DNA from: Candidatus Omnitrophota bacterium
GTDB taxonomy: Bacteria > Omnitrophota > Gorgyraeia > Gygaellales > Profunditerraquicolaceae
DNA: 64,000 nucleotides
Reading direction: 5' to 3'
Assembly: GCA_028716245.1 (NCBI GenBank)
Contig: JAQUQW010000005.1
Location: 288-64,287, forward strand
The notes under the pieces are model-generated. The model was not told where the DNA came from. It worked only from the letters and a program-made list of their open reading frames with translations, and searched no databases. Position numbers and translations under genes: made by a program. Of this stretch, positions 19,451 through 28,823 are shown one piece after another; position 1 is the stretch's first letter; each line of letters opens with the position of its first letter.

Positions 19451-20302
19451 ATGCTTTCAATAATAGTTGTAACTTTTGATAGCGGTAGATATATCAAACC
19501 GTGCCTGGATTCTATATTTAGGCAGGGGTATGAGGATTTGGAAGTAATTGTTGTTGATAACGGCTCAAGGGACAGAACTTGCGATTTTATAAAAGAAAAT
19601 TATCCTAAAGCCAGGTTAATCACAAATAAGCAGAATTTAGGCGCCTGCCATGCGAAAAATCAAGGTATTGAAATTGCTTCGGGTGGATGGGTCTTAACCT
19701 TGGATTGTGACGTTGTATTAGGGGACGGGTTTATCCGGGAGATTATGGAATTTGCAAATAATTCCAGAGATTCAATAGGTATGATCCAGCCAAAGATTTT
19801 AACTCAAGGCAAAAAAGAGATTTATTCCTGCGGCATACATTTTTCTTGGTTAAGCAGGTTCCATGATATCGGTAAAGGTTTAGCGGATACGCAAAGATTT
19901 AACGTTGCGCTCCCTATTTTTGGAGCTTGCTGCGCGGCGGCTTTATATAGGCGCAAGATGCTTGAAGACGTAAAAGACAGGCATGGTTACTTTGACGAAA
20001 GGTTCTTTTTCCTTTTTGAGGACGCGGATTTATCCTGGCGCGCGCAAAAAAGAGGATGGCTTTGCATGTATTGTCCTAAGCCAATGTGTTTTCACAGCGG
20101 AAACAGTTCAGCTACGGATAAAAAAACCCGGCAAATTTTAAGTTTTAGCAACCGGCGGTTGGCAATATTTAAAAACCAAAATCCGGCACTCATTTTATTA
20201 ATGTTTCCGTTGTACCTGGTTTATGACCTGCCTAGATTTCTAATACTGGCTGCGAAATTTAAGTGTAAATTTCCGAAATTCAGCGATTATAATCCATGGT
20301 GA
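19451..20302 (+). CDS. family 2 glycosyltransferase
   Basis: GT-A fold; VVDNGS and LDCDVV (DxD) motifs. Confidence 0.75.
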   Translation: MLSIIVVTFDSGRYIKPCLDSIFRQGYEDLEVIVVDNGSRDRTCDFIKENYPKARLITNKQNLGACHAKNQGIEIASGGWVLTLDCDVVLGDGFIREIMEFANNSRDSIGMIQPKILTQGKKEIYSCGIHFSWLSRFHDIGKGLADTQRFNVALPIFGACCAAALYRRKMLEDVKDRHGYFDERFFFLFEDADLSWRAQKRGWLCMYCPKPMCFHSGNSSATDKKTRQILSFSNRRLAIFKNQNPALILLMFPLYLVYDLPRFLILAAKFKCKFPKFSDYNPW

Positions 20303-21204
20303 TGGTGAGCGTAGTTATCGTGACTATCAGGGCAAAAGATTATCTTAAGTCCTGCCTGGATTCTCTCAAGCAGCAGGGCCACCTTCCTTTTGAAATAATT
20401 GTCATTGATAATTCTCTTAAACCGGGCCTGGCTCAGGATATCCATAAACTATATCCATCGGTTAAGATTTATTCCGGATCCAGTGATTCATTTTACGCCC
20501 AGGCTTTGAACAAAGGCATAAGCTTAACCAGGGGGGAATTTATTCTTTGCCTCAACGATGATGTGGTTTTAGATAAAGATTTTATTCAGCAGGCGCTAAA
20601 GGGTTTTCTGATAAAGGATAACATCGGTATGGTGAGTGGTAAGATTTTGCGTAGCGACGGGAAAACTCTGGACAGCACCGGCTTATTTTTAAGCTTCTGG
20701 CGTGTGGCTAAAGAGCGTGGCTATGGCCAGCCGGATTCAGGGCAATTTGAGAAAGCAGGTTTTATCTTTGGCGTAACCGGGGCCGTAGCTTTTTATCGGA
20801 AACAAATGCTGGAGGATATTAAAGATACAAACGGTTATTTTGATTCAAGGTTTGGCATGTTTTACGAGGATTTGGATGTTTCCTGGCGGGCAAAACGCCG
20901 CGGCTGGTTGGCTTATTACCTTCCCGCTGCTTTGGCCTATCATGTGCGCGGAGGGTCATTTCGTCCTGATTCCGGCATCGGCAAAGCCATTGCGCGTAAA
21001 TATTTAAATGACCGGCTGCACTATGATTTAATTAAAAACCGGTATCTTACCATATCAAAAAATGAAACTTTCTGGGGTTTTCTTCTTCACCTTGTCCCGA
21101 TATTAATTTATGATTTGTGTGCCTGGGGCTATGTTTTAATTTTTTGCCCGGCAGTTATAAAGTTATTTTTTAGGAGATCAAGAGAATTGCGGAATAAACT
21201 ATAA
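20296..21204 (+). CDS. family 2 glycosyltransferase (paralog of the preceding gene)
   Basis: Same architecture (VIDNS, LNDDVV), with alignable C-terminal halves (FYRRKMLEDVKD.../FYRKQMLEDIKD...). Confidence 0.75.
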   Translation: MVMVSVVIVTIRAKDYLKSCLDSLKQQGHLPFEIIVIDNSLKPGLAQDIHKLYPSVKIYSGSSDSFYAQALNKGISLTRGEFILCLNDDVVLDKDFIQQALKGFLIKDNIGMVSGKILRSDGKTLDSTGLFLSFWRVAKERGYGQPDSGQFEKAGFIFGVTGAVAFYRKQMLEDIKDTNGYFDSRFGMFYEDLDVSWRAKRRGWLAYYLPAALAYHVRGGSFRPDSGIGKAIARKYLNDRLHYDLIKNRYLTISKNETFWGFLLHLVPILIYDLCAWGYVLIFCPAVIKLFFRRSRELRNKL

Positions 21205-21213
21205 GAAAAGTTT

Positions 21214-21241
21214 TTGACAATTTAAAGTTATACTCTAGAAT
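21214..21241 (+). promoter_or_regulatory. sigma70-like promoter of tRNA-Leu (TTGACA-16-TAGAAT)
   Basis: -35 TTGACA at 21214-21219, 16 bp spacer, -10 TAGAAT at 21236-21241. The tRNA starts 16 nt downstream. The block TATACT.TAGAATAGCAG is shared with the tRNA-Glu promoter. Confidence 0.6.
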
Positions 21242-21257
21242 AGCAGGTAGAATTTAT

Positions 21258-21338
21258 GCGCGGGTGGTGGAATGGCAGACACGCAAGCATGAGGGGCTTG
21301 TGCCGAAAGGCTTGGGGGTTCAACTCCCCCCTCGCGCA
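21258..21338 (+). tRNA. tRNA-Leu (anticodon GAG), type II with long variable arm
   Basis: Acceptor GCGCGGG/CTCGCGC, anticodon arm CAAGC-ATGAGGG-GCTTG, T-arm GGGGG-TTCAACT-CCCCC. Closely parallels the E. coli tRNA-Leu layout. Confidence 0.75.
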
Positions 21339-21350
21339 AATAAATACAAA

Positions 21351-21419
21351 TAAATAGGGACAGCGACCATTTTTTAAGAACCCTTGGATTCGTAAAAAAT
21401 GGTCGCTGTCCCTATTTAT
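21351..21419. repeat. perfect palindrome (25 bp arms TAAATAGGGACAGCGACCATTTTTT, 19 nt loop); bidirectional terminator-like element / MITE-like pair of the IRs that bound the 49476-51752 insertion
   Basis: Arms at 21351-21375 and 21395-21419 are exact reverse complements. It sits between tRNA-Leu (+) and the 3' end of the minus-strand response regulator. Confidence 0.7.
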
Positions 21420-22354
21420 TAAGGCTTTTCCTGCCGCTTATCTTTGACGTAGTTGCTTTTTTCCATACTTTTGGCAAGTTTCTTTAACTCCGCACCAATC
21501 TCACCAATCTGGGCCACATGCGAGATCTCACGCATTTCATTAGTCACTACGCCGATAGATATTGACAGCAGAGGGATTTTATGGATTTTACTTTGGCGGT
21601 CATAGCCGATGATAAAGCCGTTCTCCCTGTCCTCTTGGTTGTAAAATGACGCAGAGACATTGTCAAAGTCATGAATTATCTTTTCACAGATTTTATTTGC
21701 AAAATCCGGAGTAGTTATAACCACAAAATCATCGCCGCCGATGTGCCCAACAAAATCCTCGGGCCTGCCGTATTCTTTGATAGCGCCCAGCAGAATGCGG
21801 GCGGTTTCCCGGATTACATTATCGCCGTGTTCAAATCCGTATTTGTCATTGTAGGCTTTGAATTTATCTAAATCAGCATAGCATACCGCGAACTGCTTTT
21901 TACTCTCGATGCGCTTGGAAAGTTCATTAAGGATGGCCACGTTTCCGGGCAGCCGGGTAAGCGGGTTTGCTTCAAGGTCTCTTTGCGTGCGCCGTAAGAC
22001 CATGCGTATTCTTGCCAGAAGTTCTTTTGGTTCAAAAGGCTTAACCACATAGTCGTCGGCTCCGGAGTCAATGCCGCCGATTTTATCGCTGACCTCGCCT
22101 TTGCCGGTAACCATAATTACCGGCAGGTGCTGCAATAGCAAATCTTTTTTAACTAAGTCGCATACTTGGCGTCCGTCCATTTTAGGCATTTTGTAATCCA
22201 GAAGCACCAAGTCCAGAGGTTTGGAGCGGATAATCTCCAAGGCTTCTTGGCCATCTACTGCTTCAATAATTTCGTAATTTTCTTCGCAGAGGGTAAGTTT
22301 AAGGATATCTCTTATATCCGGGTCATCATCAGCAATAAGTATTTTTATGCTCAT
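21419..22354 (-). CDS. response regulator, REC + GGDEF domain (motif variant GGDDF, I-site RxxD present)
   Basis: REC with DDD...D...K; GGDEF domain with HIGGDDF preceded by RPED at the canonical I-site position. Confidence 0.8.
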   Translation of the reverse strand: MSIKILIADDDPDIRDILKLTLCEENYEIIEAVDGQEALEIIRSKPLDLVLLDYKMPKMDGRQVCDLVKKDLLLQHLPVIMVTGKGEVSDKIGGIDSGADDYVVKPFEPKELLARIRMVLRRTQRDLEANPLTRLPGNVAILNELSKRIESKKQFAVCYADLDKFKAYNDKYGFEHGDNVIRETARILLGAIKEYGRPEDFVGHIGGDDFVVITTPDFANKICEKIIHDFDNVSASFYNQEDRENGFIIGYDRQSKIHKIPLLSISIGVVTNEMREISHVAQIGEIGAELKKLAKSMEKSNYVKDKRQEKP

Positions 22355-22358
22355 AGTT

Positions 22359-23837
22359 TTATTCGCCAGCCTTAAGAGTAAAGCTGAAAGTTGAACCTTC
22401 GCCGAGTTTGCTTTTTACCCAAATTTTGCCCTGGTGGGCCTCGACAATGTGTTTAACCAGAGTCAGCCCAAGGCCGGTGCCTTTTACCTGCTGATTAATA
22501 GTGTTGTCTACGCGATAAAATTCTTCAAATATATGTTCCTGAGCTTCTTGCGGAATCCCAAAGCCAGTGTCTACAACATCAATCTGGGTTATTTTATTGG
22601 CGCAGTTTGCGTTGATATTAATTTTGCCGTTTTCCGGAGTAAACTTTAGTGCGTTACCGACCAGATTAATAAACACTCTTTCGATCTGGCCGCGGTCAGC
22701 CAGTATCTTTTGGCAATTAGCAGCTAGATTACTGCCAAAACTGATATTTTTTGTTTTTAGTTGTTCGCAAAGTAAGTCGGCAACCTTCTCGATGATAGTT
22801 TTTAAATCCAAACTTTCAATTTTCATATCCACCTTGCCGGATTCAATGCGCGAGATATCCAATAAATCGTTTACCATATGTACCAATTCATCGCTGTGGC
22901 GGTTTATTTTCTCAAGTCTGTTTCTTATTTCATCCGGTATTGTTCCCAGTTTACCGGTAAGTAAAATAGCCGCGTAACCCTTGATCGATGTAAGGGGGGT
23001 CCTTAATTCGTGCGACACGCTGGAGATAAAATCGCTTTTACGTTTGCTTATCTTTTTTCCTTCTTCTAAGGCTTGAGTCAACTGGCGGGTTCTTTCCTCA
23101 ACCTTCATCTCTAATTCCTGCTGCGACCTCCATGTTTTTTCAAAAAGGCGGGCGTTATCTAAAGTCTGGCTGATTTGATTGGCCAATATGCTGATAAATT
23201 CCTGGTCCCCTTTGGTGATGGAAGTTTCTCTATTTTGCGTGCCTACAAAGATGAAGCCCCGGTCTCCCTCCTGAGTGAGCACCGGGCAGATAACAAATGA
23301 ATGCACTAGAAACATCTGGCGGATTTTATCCTTTGATAAGAAGCTCTCGGGCGTAAATTCAGAGGAGGCGCTTACGCCGTTTTGAATTAGGTCCAGAAAA
23401 TAATCTTTGCCGGCATTAATTGCAGTTTCTATCTTTACCGATTCTTCGTCGCTGTATCCCAAGCGTAAGTACGGGCGGAACTCTCTTTCTAAGCTCTTCC
23501 ATAAAAAAGCCAGCGATCTCTCAAATCCCAGCTCTTCCAGGTATTTATTATCTATTTTCTTAAAAATCTGTTTTTCTTCCAGGGTCGTATTTATTTCCCG
23601 GGAAAGTTTTTGCAGCGTATCTAACCCTGAGATTTTTTTATCCAATTCTTCCTGAGCCTTGTTCAACTCCATATCCGTGCGCATGATCAGTTTGGCTTGT
23701 TCATCCATCTCTTCAAGAGAAAGGTTTAAGGCGCTTATCCTGTCCTTTGCTTCCTTTAAGCGTTGTATTTTAGAAAGCAAAGATATCCCCAGAGCGGTGA
23801 CAATTAAACAAATACTAATGAAGATAAAGGAAAGCAT
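22359..23837 (-). CDS. sensor histidine kinase (TM, coiled coil, GAF, HisKA, HATPase_c)
   Basis: H-box SHELRTPL; N, G1 (DTGFGI), and G2 (GTGLGL) boxes. Confidence 0.85.
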   Translation of the reverse strand: MLSFIFISICLIVTALGISLLSKIQRLKEAKDRISALNLSLEEMDEQAKLIMRTDMELNKAQEELDKKISGLDTLQKLSREINTTLEEKQIFKKIDNKYLEELGFERSLAFLWKSLEREFRPYLRLGYSDEESVKIETAINAGKDYFLDLIQNGVSASSEFTPESFLSKDKIRQMFLVHSFVICPVLTQEGDRGFIFVGTQNRETSITKGDQEFISILANQISQTLDNARLFEKTWRSQQELEMKVEERTRQLTQALEEGKKISKRKSDFISSVSHELRTPLTSIKGYAAILLTGKLGTIPDEIRNRLEKINRHSDELVHMVNDLLDISRIESGKVDMKIESLDLKTIIEKVADLLCEQLKTKNISFGSNLAANCQKILADRGQIERVFINLVGNALKFTPENGKININANCANKITQIDVVDTGFGIPQEAQEHIFEEFYRVDNTINQQVKGTGLGLTLVKHIVEAHQGKIWVKSKLGEGSTFSFTLKAGE

Positions 23838-23838
23838 T

Positions 23839-25026
23839 TTATTGATCTCCTATGGCTAAAATATTTATACTCTGGTTGCGGAAATAGGTCTTGCCCAAAT
23901 AATTGATGGATCTAAGCGGAGCCTGTTCTCCTTTGGTGTAGATGCCTATTAACGGGGTGTCTTTACCGAATACTTCTTTAATCACATCGAGCTCTATATC
24001 ATTCTGCCTGCCTAAAAGGGAAAATCTGGCGGCAGAATCAAATACCATCACGAACTTTATTTTTTGCCCTCCCAGGTTTCTCTTTGCTTCTGCGCAGGCG
24101 GCAACCGCAGCTTGCAGGCGGGAATCTACGGTGCTAATCATTAATCTTATTTTACTGTCTTGGGGAACGTCTCCCTGGGTAACTAGCGATCCGTCGTCTT
24201 TTATTGAGATTATATTGCGCAGGAGGTATTCCTTTTCTCCTTGCAGATAAATCCCTATAGGATAGGAAATAGATATGCGTTGTAATTCTTTGGCAAGTTC
24301 TGCCGTATCTTTAGCAAAGTAATCTTCATAAAGCTTTACTGCCGGAGCCCCGTCGATCTCCTGAATAACATTACTGTTTGATTGGGTAACGCAGCGCATT
24401 TTACCCAAAGCAAACCAGCCATGTTTTATGCCGAACCCAAAATTGAATTTTCCGCCAAAAAGTATCCCGCAGCAGGATCCAGAAAGCAGTTCGCCGTTAA
24501 CGTATTGAAATGTTTTTTGATTGGCAAAATTATCCGCAGCCGAGGCCCCGATTAGAGGAAAGCTTCTTCCCAAATTTTCCTGCAAGCCATTGATTAAATT
24601 TGTTCCTTCAGTTATTAGTTTATCCGAGAAGATTATACTTAAGCTCCTGCGCACATTTTTGAAACCATACAATAATTTATTGGCCAACTCTTTGCCCAAT
24701 GTAAACGAAGTGTCCTTGTTAATATTTTTGACCGAGGCGATATTAAAAAAAGTCTGTTGGTTTAAGCTAATGAGTAAAACAGCAAATCCATATTTAAATA
24801 TACCTTTATTGGTCAGGAGCCCCTCGCTGCTGCAGCCAAATATCGGGATTTCTCCCAGCAGGTTATTAACGGTTCTTAATACCAAAGGATGTGCAAATTC
24901 TGGGGAGGTAAAAATAAAGGCCAGGCTTGCCGGCACCTTTCCCAATCCGATTACCGCCTGTCCCATCGCCTCATTAGCAGCTTGGATATGTTCTTTGAGC
25001 TGGCTAAAACCAAAACTTATCTTCAT
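23839..25026 (-). CDS. FIST-domain sensory protein
   Basis: 395 aa; FIST_N/FIST_C-like pattern (..FIFTSPEF.., ..PIFGCSSEG.., ..SGSCCGILFGG..). Adjacent to the HK gene, 2 bp intergenic. Confidence 0.55.
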   Translation of the reverse strand: MKISFGFSQLKEHIQAANEAMGQAVIGLGKVPASLAFIFTSPEFAHPLVLRTVNNLLGEIPIFGCSSEGLLTNKGIFKYGFAVLLISLNQQTFFNIASVKNINKDTSFTLGKELANKLLYGFKNVRRSLSIIFSDKLITEGTNLINGLQENLGRSFPLIGASAADNFANQKTFQYVNGELLSGSCCGILFGGKFNFGFGIKHGWFALGKMRCVTQSNSNVIQEIDGAPAVKLYEDYFAKDTAELAKELQRISISYPIGIYLQGEKEYLLRNIISIKDDGSLVTQGDVPQDSKIRLMISTVDSRLQAAVAACAEAKRNLGGQKIKFVMVFDSAARFSLLGRQNDIELDVIKEVFGKDTPLIGIYTKGEQAPLRSINYLGKTYFRNQSINILAIGDQ

Positions 25027-25078
25027 GGGAATTTAGTATATAACGCAAATATATGAGGGTCAATTGAATTTTTGTTGC

Positions 25079-25107
25079 TTGACTGTTGGCGCTCTTTATA
25101 CTAGAAT
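25079..25107 (+). promoter_or_regulatory. sigma70-like promoter of tRNA-Glu (TTGACT-17-TAGAAT)
   Basis: -35 at 25079-25084, -10 at 25102-25107. The tRNA starts 16 nt downstream. The TATACTAGAATAGCAG block is conserved with the tRNA-Leu promoter. Confidence 0.6.
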
Positions 25108-25123
25108 AGCAGAAAAATAATTT

Positions 25124-25198
25124 GGCCCCATCGTCTAGCCTGGTCTAGGACGTCAGGTTCTCAGCCTGTAAACACCGGTTCAAATCCGGTTGGGGCTA
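25124..25198 (+). tRNA. tRNA-Glu (anticodon read as CTC)
   Basis: Acceptor GGCCCCA/TGGGGCT, D-arm GTCTAGCCTGGTCTAGGAC typical of tRNA-Glu, T-arm ACCGG-TTCAAAT-CCGGT. The anticodon loop TTCTCAG has one mismatch at the stem base. Confidence 0.65.
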
Positions 25199-25238
25199 TG
25201 ATATTAAAAAAATAAGGACACCCCGCGCTTATAAGGAA

Positions 25239-25517
25239 TTGCGCGGGTGTGTTTCCGTAGACAAGGAGGGGTTAATGCGCCAACATTTAGGGTTTTTAAA
25301 GGCTTCCAGTATAGTGGTTAAGGTTGCTGCCTGGATTTTTTTATTTTTCGGCATGGTGGGAGGAATTTCCCTGTTCTTAGGTTTAGTTCCGAATAATCCA
25401 CGCTGGATGGGGATTATTGTATTGGCATTTTATATATTTATGTTTTTCTTTTTCTCTTTAATTGCCAAGATTGCCGATCTTTTAGTTAAGATCGTAAATG
25501 AAATAAAGAAAGAATAG
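25239..25517 (+). CDS. hypothetical small membrane protein
   Basis: 92 aa, 2 TM; RBS AAGGAGGGG. Confidence 0.45.
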   Translation: MRGCVSVDKEGLMRQHLGFLKASSIVVKVAAWIFLFFGMVGGISLFLGLVPNNPRWMGIIVLAFYIFMFFFFSLIAKIADLLVKIVNEIKKE

Positions 25518-25731
25518 CTTTTTATGCGTTTTCCGATACAGAATTAGCTGTATATATTGGAATTCTAGCAGAGTTACTGCATTATCCGCTGGAAGAGTAA
25601 AGCTTACCAGTACTCAGTTACAAAATCAATCCTAAATCTTAGGGTAAGATTTTCTTTCCGTCCAATCTACCTTGACAAATTAACAAATAAGCGTTATATT
25701 CATAAAATGAAATGTCCAATCTGGAGGATTT

Positions 25732-27810
25732 ATGGGTATTGTCCATAAGCTTAAGCCTGAAGTTTTGAACTTTATTCTCGAAAATAAACAAAGAGATTCT
25801 ACCTTAAGCTGCCGCACTTTAACACAGTTAATTCTTGAAAAACTCCAAATCAAGGTTTCCAAATCAAGTATTAATAGTATTTTTAAAGAACATAATTTGA
25901 GTATGCCTGTTGGCAGGAGGCAAAAAGTTAAGAAGAGAAAGTTCAACCTGCCTATCTTGCCGGTTATTGAAGGGACTAAAGCTATTACGCTGGTTACTGC
26001 GCCGCAAAGAATAGAGCCGAAGGTAGCCGAAGGAGCAGGTAAAGAAGGAATTATTAAGAAAGAAAAAAAAGAAGAGATTAGTTTGGAAGAAAAACGCATC
26101 AAGGAAGCAGAAGAGTGGGCTATGAAATTGCAAGATGAGGAGCGGGCAAGAGTAGAGCAGCGGTTGAATCTTGAAAAACAGAGAGTAGAAAATGATGCAA
26201 AGAGAAAAGCTGATGAGGCGGAAGTAAAAGTTCTTTTGGAAGAGGCAGCCAGGGTCAAGGCTCAAGAAGAACTAAAGTTACGCCAACAGGAGAAAGCCGC
26301 TCAAGAAGCAGCGGAGAAAAAACGATTAGAAGAGAAAAACCTTAAGCGCATCGAGGAGGAGCGGGCTGCGCAGGAGGCTGCTAAGAAGGCCGAAGAAGAG
26401 AAGGCTGCTCAAGAAGCAGCGCTAAAGGCTGAAAAAGAAAAATGGGCAAGGCTTGCGGAAGAAGAGCTTAAGGTCAGGCAGCAAAAGGAAAAAATGCCTC
26501 AAGAGAGGATTTGTTCGGGGGCAATATTGCTTAAGGCATTGGATTCTCTGATTGGCGGCAGCAGAGAAATTAATGCGGCTATTTGTAAGAAATTAGGGGT
26601 TGCCCCGGAAGAATCTTTGAACCTTACGGAAGCGGTAATATTCAGGTCTTTATTCGGTAAAGACAATCTTGCCGGGCTTTGCGATTTAATTGGCCAACAA
26701 TATTCTCAAGAGAGGCTGGATAATTATTCTAGCCAGATCAAGGGGATTGAAAATATCAAATCAGAAATCAACGGGATTATCTCCGCTGCTTTTACCGAGG
26801 CCAGAGGGGTGAAGGTGCATTTTATCGACGGAAGCGTTATTCATCTGGATGGCCAGCTGCATTCTACCTGGTCTACCCAGTACGTCCCTTATGATTTTTC
26901 AAGCCCAGCCTCTGAACTGAAAAACAGCTTAAATAAATATTTTTTTGAAAACCGGCCTTTAGTTTTATTTTCCGCTCCCGGCTATGATATTGCGCCAAAA
27001 GATTTTTTCAGCCTACTTTTGAATATCGGTTCAACCGATAAATACCCGGATAACTTAATTTTATTCGGAAATAAATTGGAAGAGATAGAAAAAATATCTT
27101 TAGGTAATAAAAATAAATATTCCCTGGTTTTTGGCCTTTGGCCCTGGCAATTTACCAGCAGCCGCAAAGTCAGGAAAATCGGGAATTTTGATTTAAGGCG
27201 CATTGAGGGCATAGATAAGGACCTGTATCTGGCGGAGATTGAGATTGATTTATTGCGGGTACCTTTGGATCAAAGCGTAACCTTAAAAGGCTGCGCTATA
27301 AAAACTACCCCCGCGGAAAAAATCCGTTTGGTTGTCCTTAGCAATCCTGAAAAGCCGCTGAGCCTAGATGAACTGGCAGGGATATATTTAAACCGTTGGC
27401 CTAATTTTGAGGAGGCATTTCAGGATTTTAATCGTAAAATCGAACTTTTTTCTTATACCGGCAACGAACAAAAGTTTCTTTCCAAAGATAGGTTTGAGTT
27501 TGGCGCGCAAGGATCGAATCTAGAATTGAGGGATATCTTTGCCAATTATATTAGAATGCTGGATCTTTATCTGCGGTGGCATTTTTTGCCGGCAGAATAT
27601 ACTGAAAAGGACCTTTCTTTTACCAGTAAAAATTTCTATCAAATCCCGGTACTTATTACTGTCGGCCCCGGTAAAATTAGAGCAAAAATACAGCTTGACC
27701 AGGGGCATGAATTCCTGAAAGATTTGAAATATCTTGTCTGCCGGCTTAATGAGCGGCAGATAGATTTGCTAAATGGGACGCGCCTTTATTTTGAGACTGT
27801 TCTCAAATAG
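25732..27810 (+). CDS. large hypothetical protein: N-terminal HTH, K/E/A-rich coiled coil, C-terminal domain possibly DDE-transposase-like (IS4-type Y-R-E-K-like signature)
   Basis: 692 aa with an N-terminal HTH-like segment, ~150 aa of AEEEKAAQEAA-type repeats, and a C-terminal YLNRWPNFEEAFQDFNRK block resembling the IS4 Y(2)R(3)E(6)K signature. I did not find terminal inverted repeats. Confidence 0.5.
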   Translation: MGIVHKLKPEVLNFILENKQRDSTLSCRTLTQLILEKLQIKVSKSSINSIFKEHNLSMPVGRRQKVKKRKFNLPILPVIEGTKAITLVTAPQRIEPKVAEGAGKEGIIKKEKKEEISLEEKRIKEAEEWAMKLQDEERARVEQRLNLEKQRVENDAKRKADEAEVKVLLEEAARVKAQEELKLRQQEKAAQEAAEKKRLEEKNLKRIEEERAAQEAAKKAEEEKAAQEAALKAEKEKWARLAEEELKVRQQKEKMPQERICSGAILLKALDSLIGGSREINAAICKKLGVAPEESLNLTEAVIFRSLFGKDNLAGLCDLIGQQYSQERLDNYSSQIKGIENIKSEINGIISAAFTEARGVKVHFIDGSVIHLDGQLHSTWSTQYVPYDFSSPASELKNSLNKYFFENRPLVLFSAPGYDIAPKDFFSLLLNIGSTDKYPDNLILFGNKLEEIEKISLGNKNKYSLVFGLWPWQFTSSRKVRKIGNFDLRRIEGIDKDLYLAEIEIDLLRVPLDQSVTLKGCAIKTTPAEKIRLVVLSNPEKPLSLDELAGIYLNRWPNFEEAFQDFNRKIELFSYTGNEQKFLSKDRFEFGAQGSNLELRDIFANYIRMLDLYLRWHFLPAEYTEKDLSFTSKNFYQIPVLITVGPGKIRAKIQLDQGHEFLKDLKYLVCRLNERQIDLLNGTRLYFETVLK

Positions 27811-27917
27811 CCGGCAGTTGATTTTTAATCGCCATTAAAATATTTATTGACTTGAACTGCTTTATTTGATAGTATCTAGCAAACCACACGTCATTGTGAG
27901 CGTGAAAGGAGTTGTAG

Positions 27918-28823
27918 ATGAGGCGCAAAAACCCGTCGGTTACTCTTGTCTGTGTATTATCGGTTTTATTTTTATGCTTATCCGGCTGCGACCAGGTTAA
28001 AAAGTTAAAAATTCCTCCCAAAGCTAAATCCTGGCAGCCACAGGGAACGGTGGTTGCCTACGTTAATGACCTGCCTATTACTTCAGAGCAGTTAGACCAG
28101 GAAATCAGCACTTATAATGAATCTACAAGTAATCCCGAAGCTAAAATCAATACTCGCGAACAGAAAGTTGCCTACTTAAACGAAGAGTTAATCCGGCGCT
28201 ACCTTTTGTATTTAGAGGCAAAGGCCAGGGGTCTGGATAGGCAGCCGAAAACCCAGGAACTCTTGGGAAACCTGGAAGTTAATATTTTAGCCAGCCAGAT
28301 TCTCCATGACGAAATAGATAATATAACGGTTACCTCCTCGGAAATTGAGGAATTTTACAATACCTTTAAAGACCAGTACCGTCAGGAAGAAGAAAGAAAA
28401 ATCAGGGAGATTGTTTTGGATAGCGAGACAGAAGCAAAAGATATTCTTATAGAGTTGCTTAAAGGCGCGGATTTCGCTACCTTGGCGATGCAGCGTTCAA
28501 AAGCGCAAAGCGCCTCAGCCGGAGGGGATTTAGGGTTCATCAAAAAGGGCAAGCGCGGCGCGGATTACAGCCGTTTTGATGAAATAGCTTTTTCGCGTTC
28601 ATTGGAAGCAGGCCAGCTAAGCACCGTTTTTAAGGAAAAGAACGGTTACTACATAATAAAGATAGAAGCGATAAAAGGCGGCCAGGTAAGGGCTTTATCC
28701 GAAGTATGGGATGAGATTAAAAGGAGCGTTCTGTTCCTTAAGCAGCAGCAAAAATTAAAGGAAATTACCACGGGCTTATTAAAGAAAACTAAAGTAGTCA
28801 TATACCAGGACCTGATAAAATAA
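27918..28823 (+). CDS. PpiC/parvulin-type peptidyl-prolyl isomerase lipoprotein (PrsA/SurA-like)
   Basis: Lipobox LSGC and a parvulin domain (GGDLGFIKKGKRGADYSRFDEIAF...). Confidence 0.7.
   Translation: MRRKNPSVTLVCVLSVLFLCLSGCDQVKKLKIPPKAKSWQPQGTVVAYVNDLPITSEQLDQEISTYNESTSNPEAKINTREQKVAYLNEELIRRYLLYLEAKARGLDRQPKTQELLGNLEVNILASQILHDEIDNITVTSSEIEEFYNTFKDQYRQEEERKIREIVLDSETEAKDILIELLKGADFATLAMQRSKAQSASAGGDLGFIKKGKRGADYSRFDEIAFSRSLEAGQLSTVFKEKNGYYIIKIEAIKGGQVRALSEVWDEIKRSVLFLKQQQKLKEITTGLLKKTKVVIYQDLIK

Noticed and set aside
21258-25198. A genomic island integrated between tRNA-Leu and tRNA-Glu
   Set aside because: The intervening genes are a coherent FIST-HK-RR signalling operon. There is no integrase and there are no direct repeats of a tRNA 3' end.
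25680-26265. Two minus-strand ORFs (192 and 133 aa) overlapping the 5' part of the 25732 gene
   Set aside because: They are low-complexity translations antisense to the K/E/A coiled-coil repeat region. The + strand frame has a start context and a long domain-bearing ORF.
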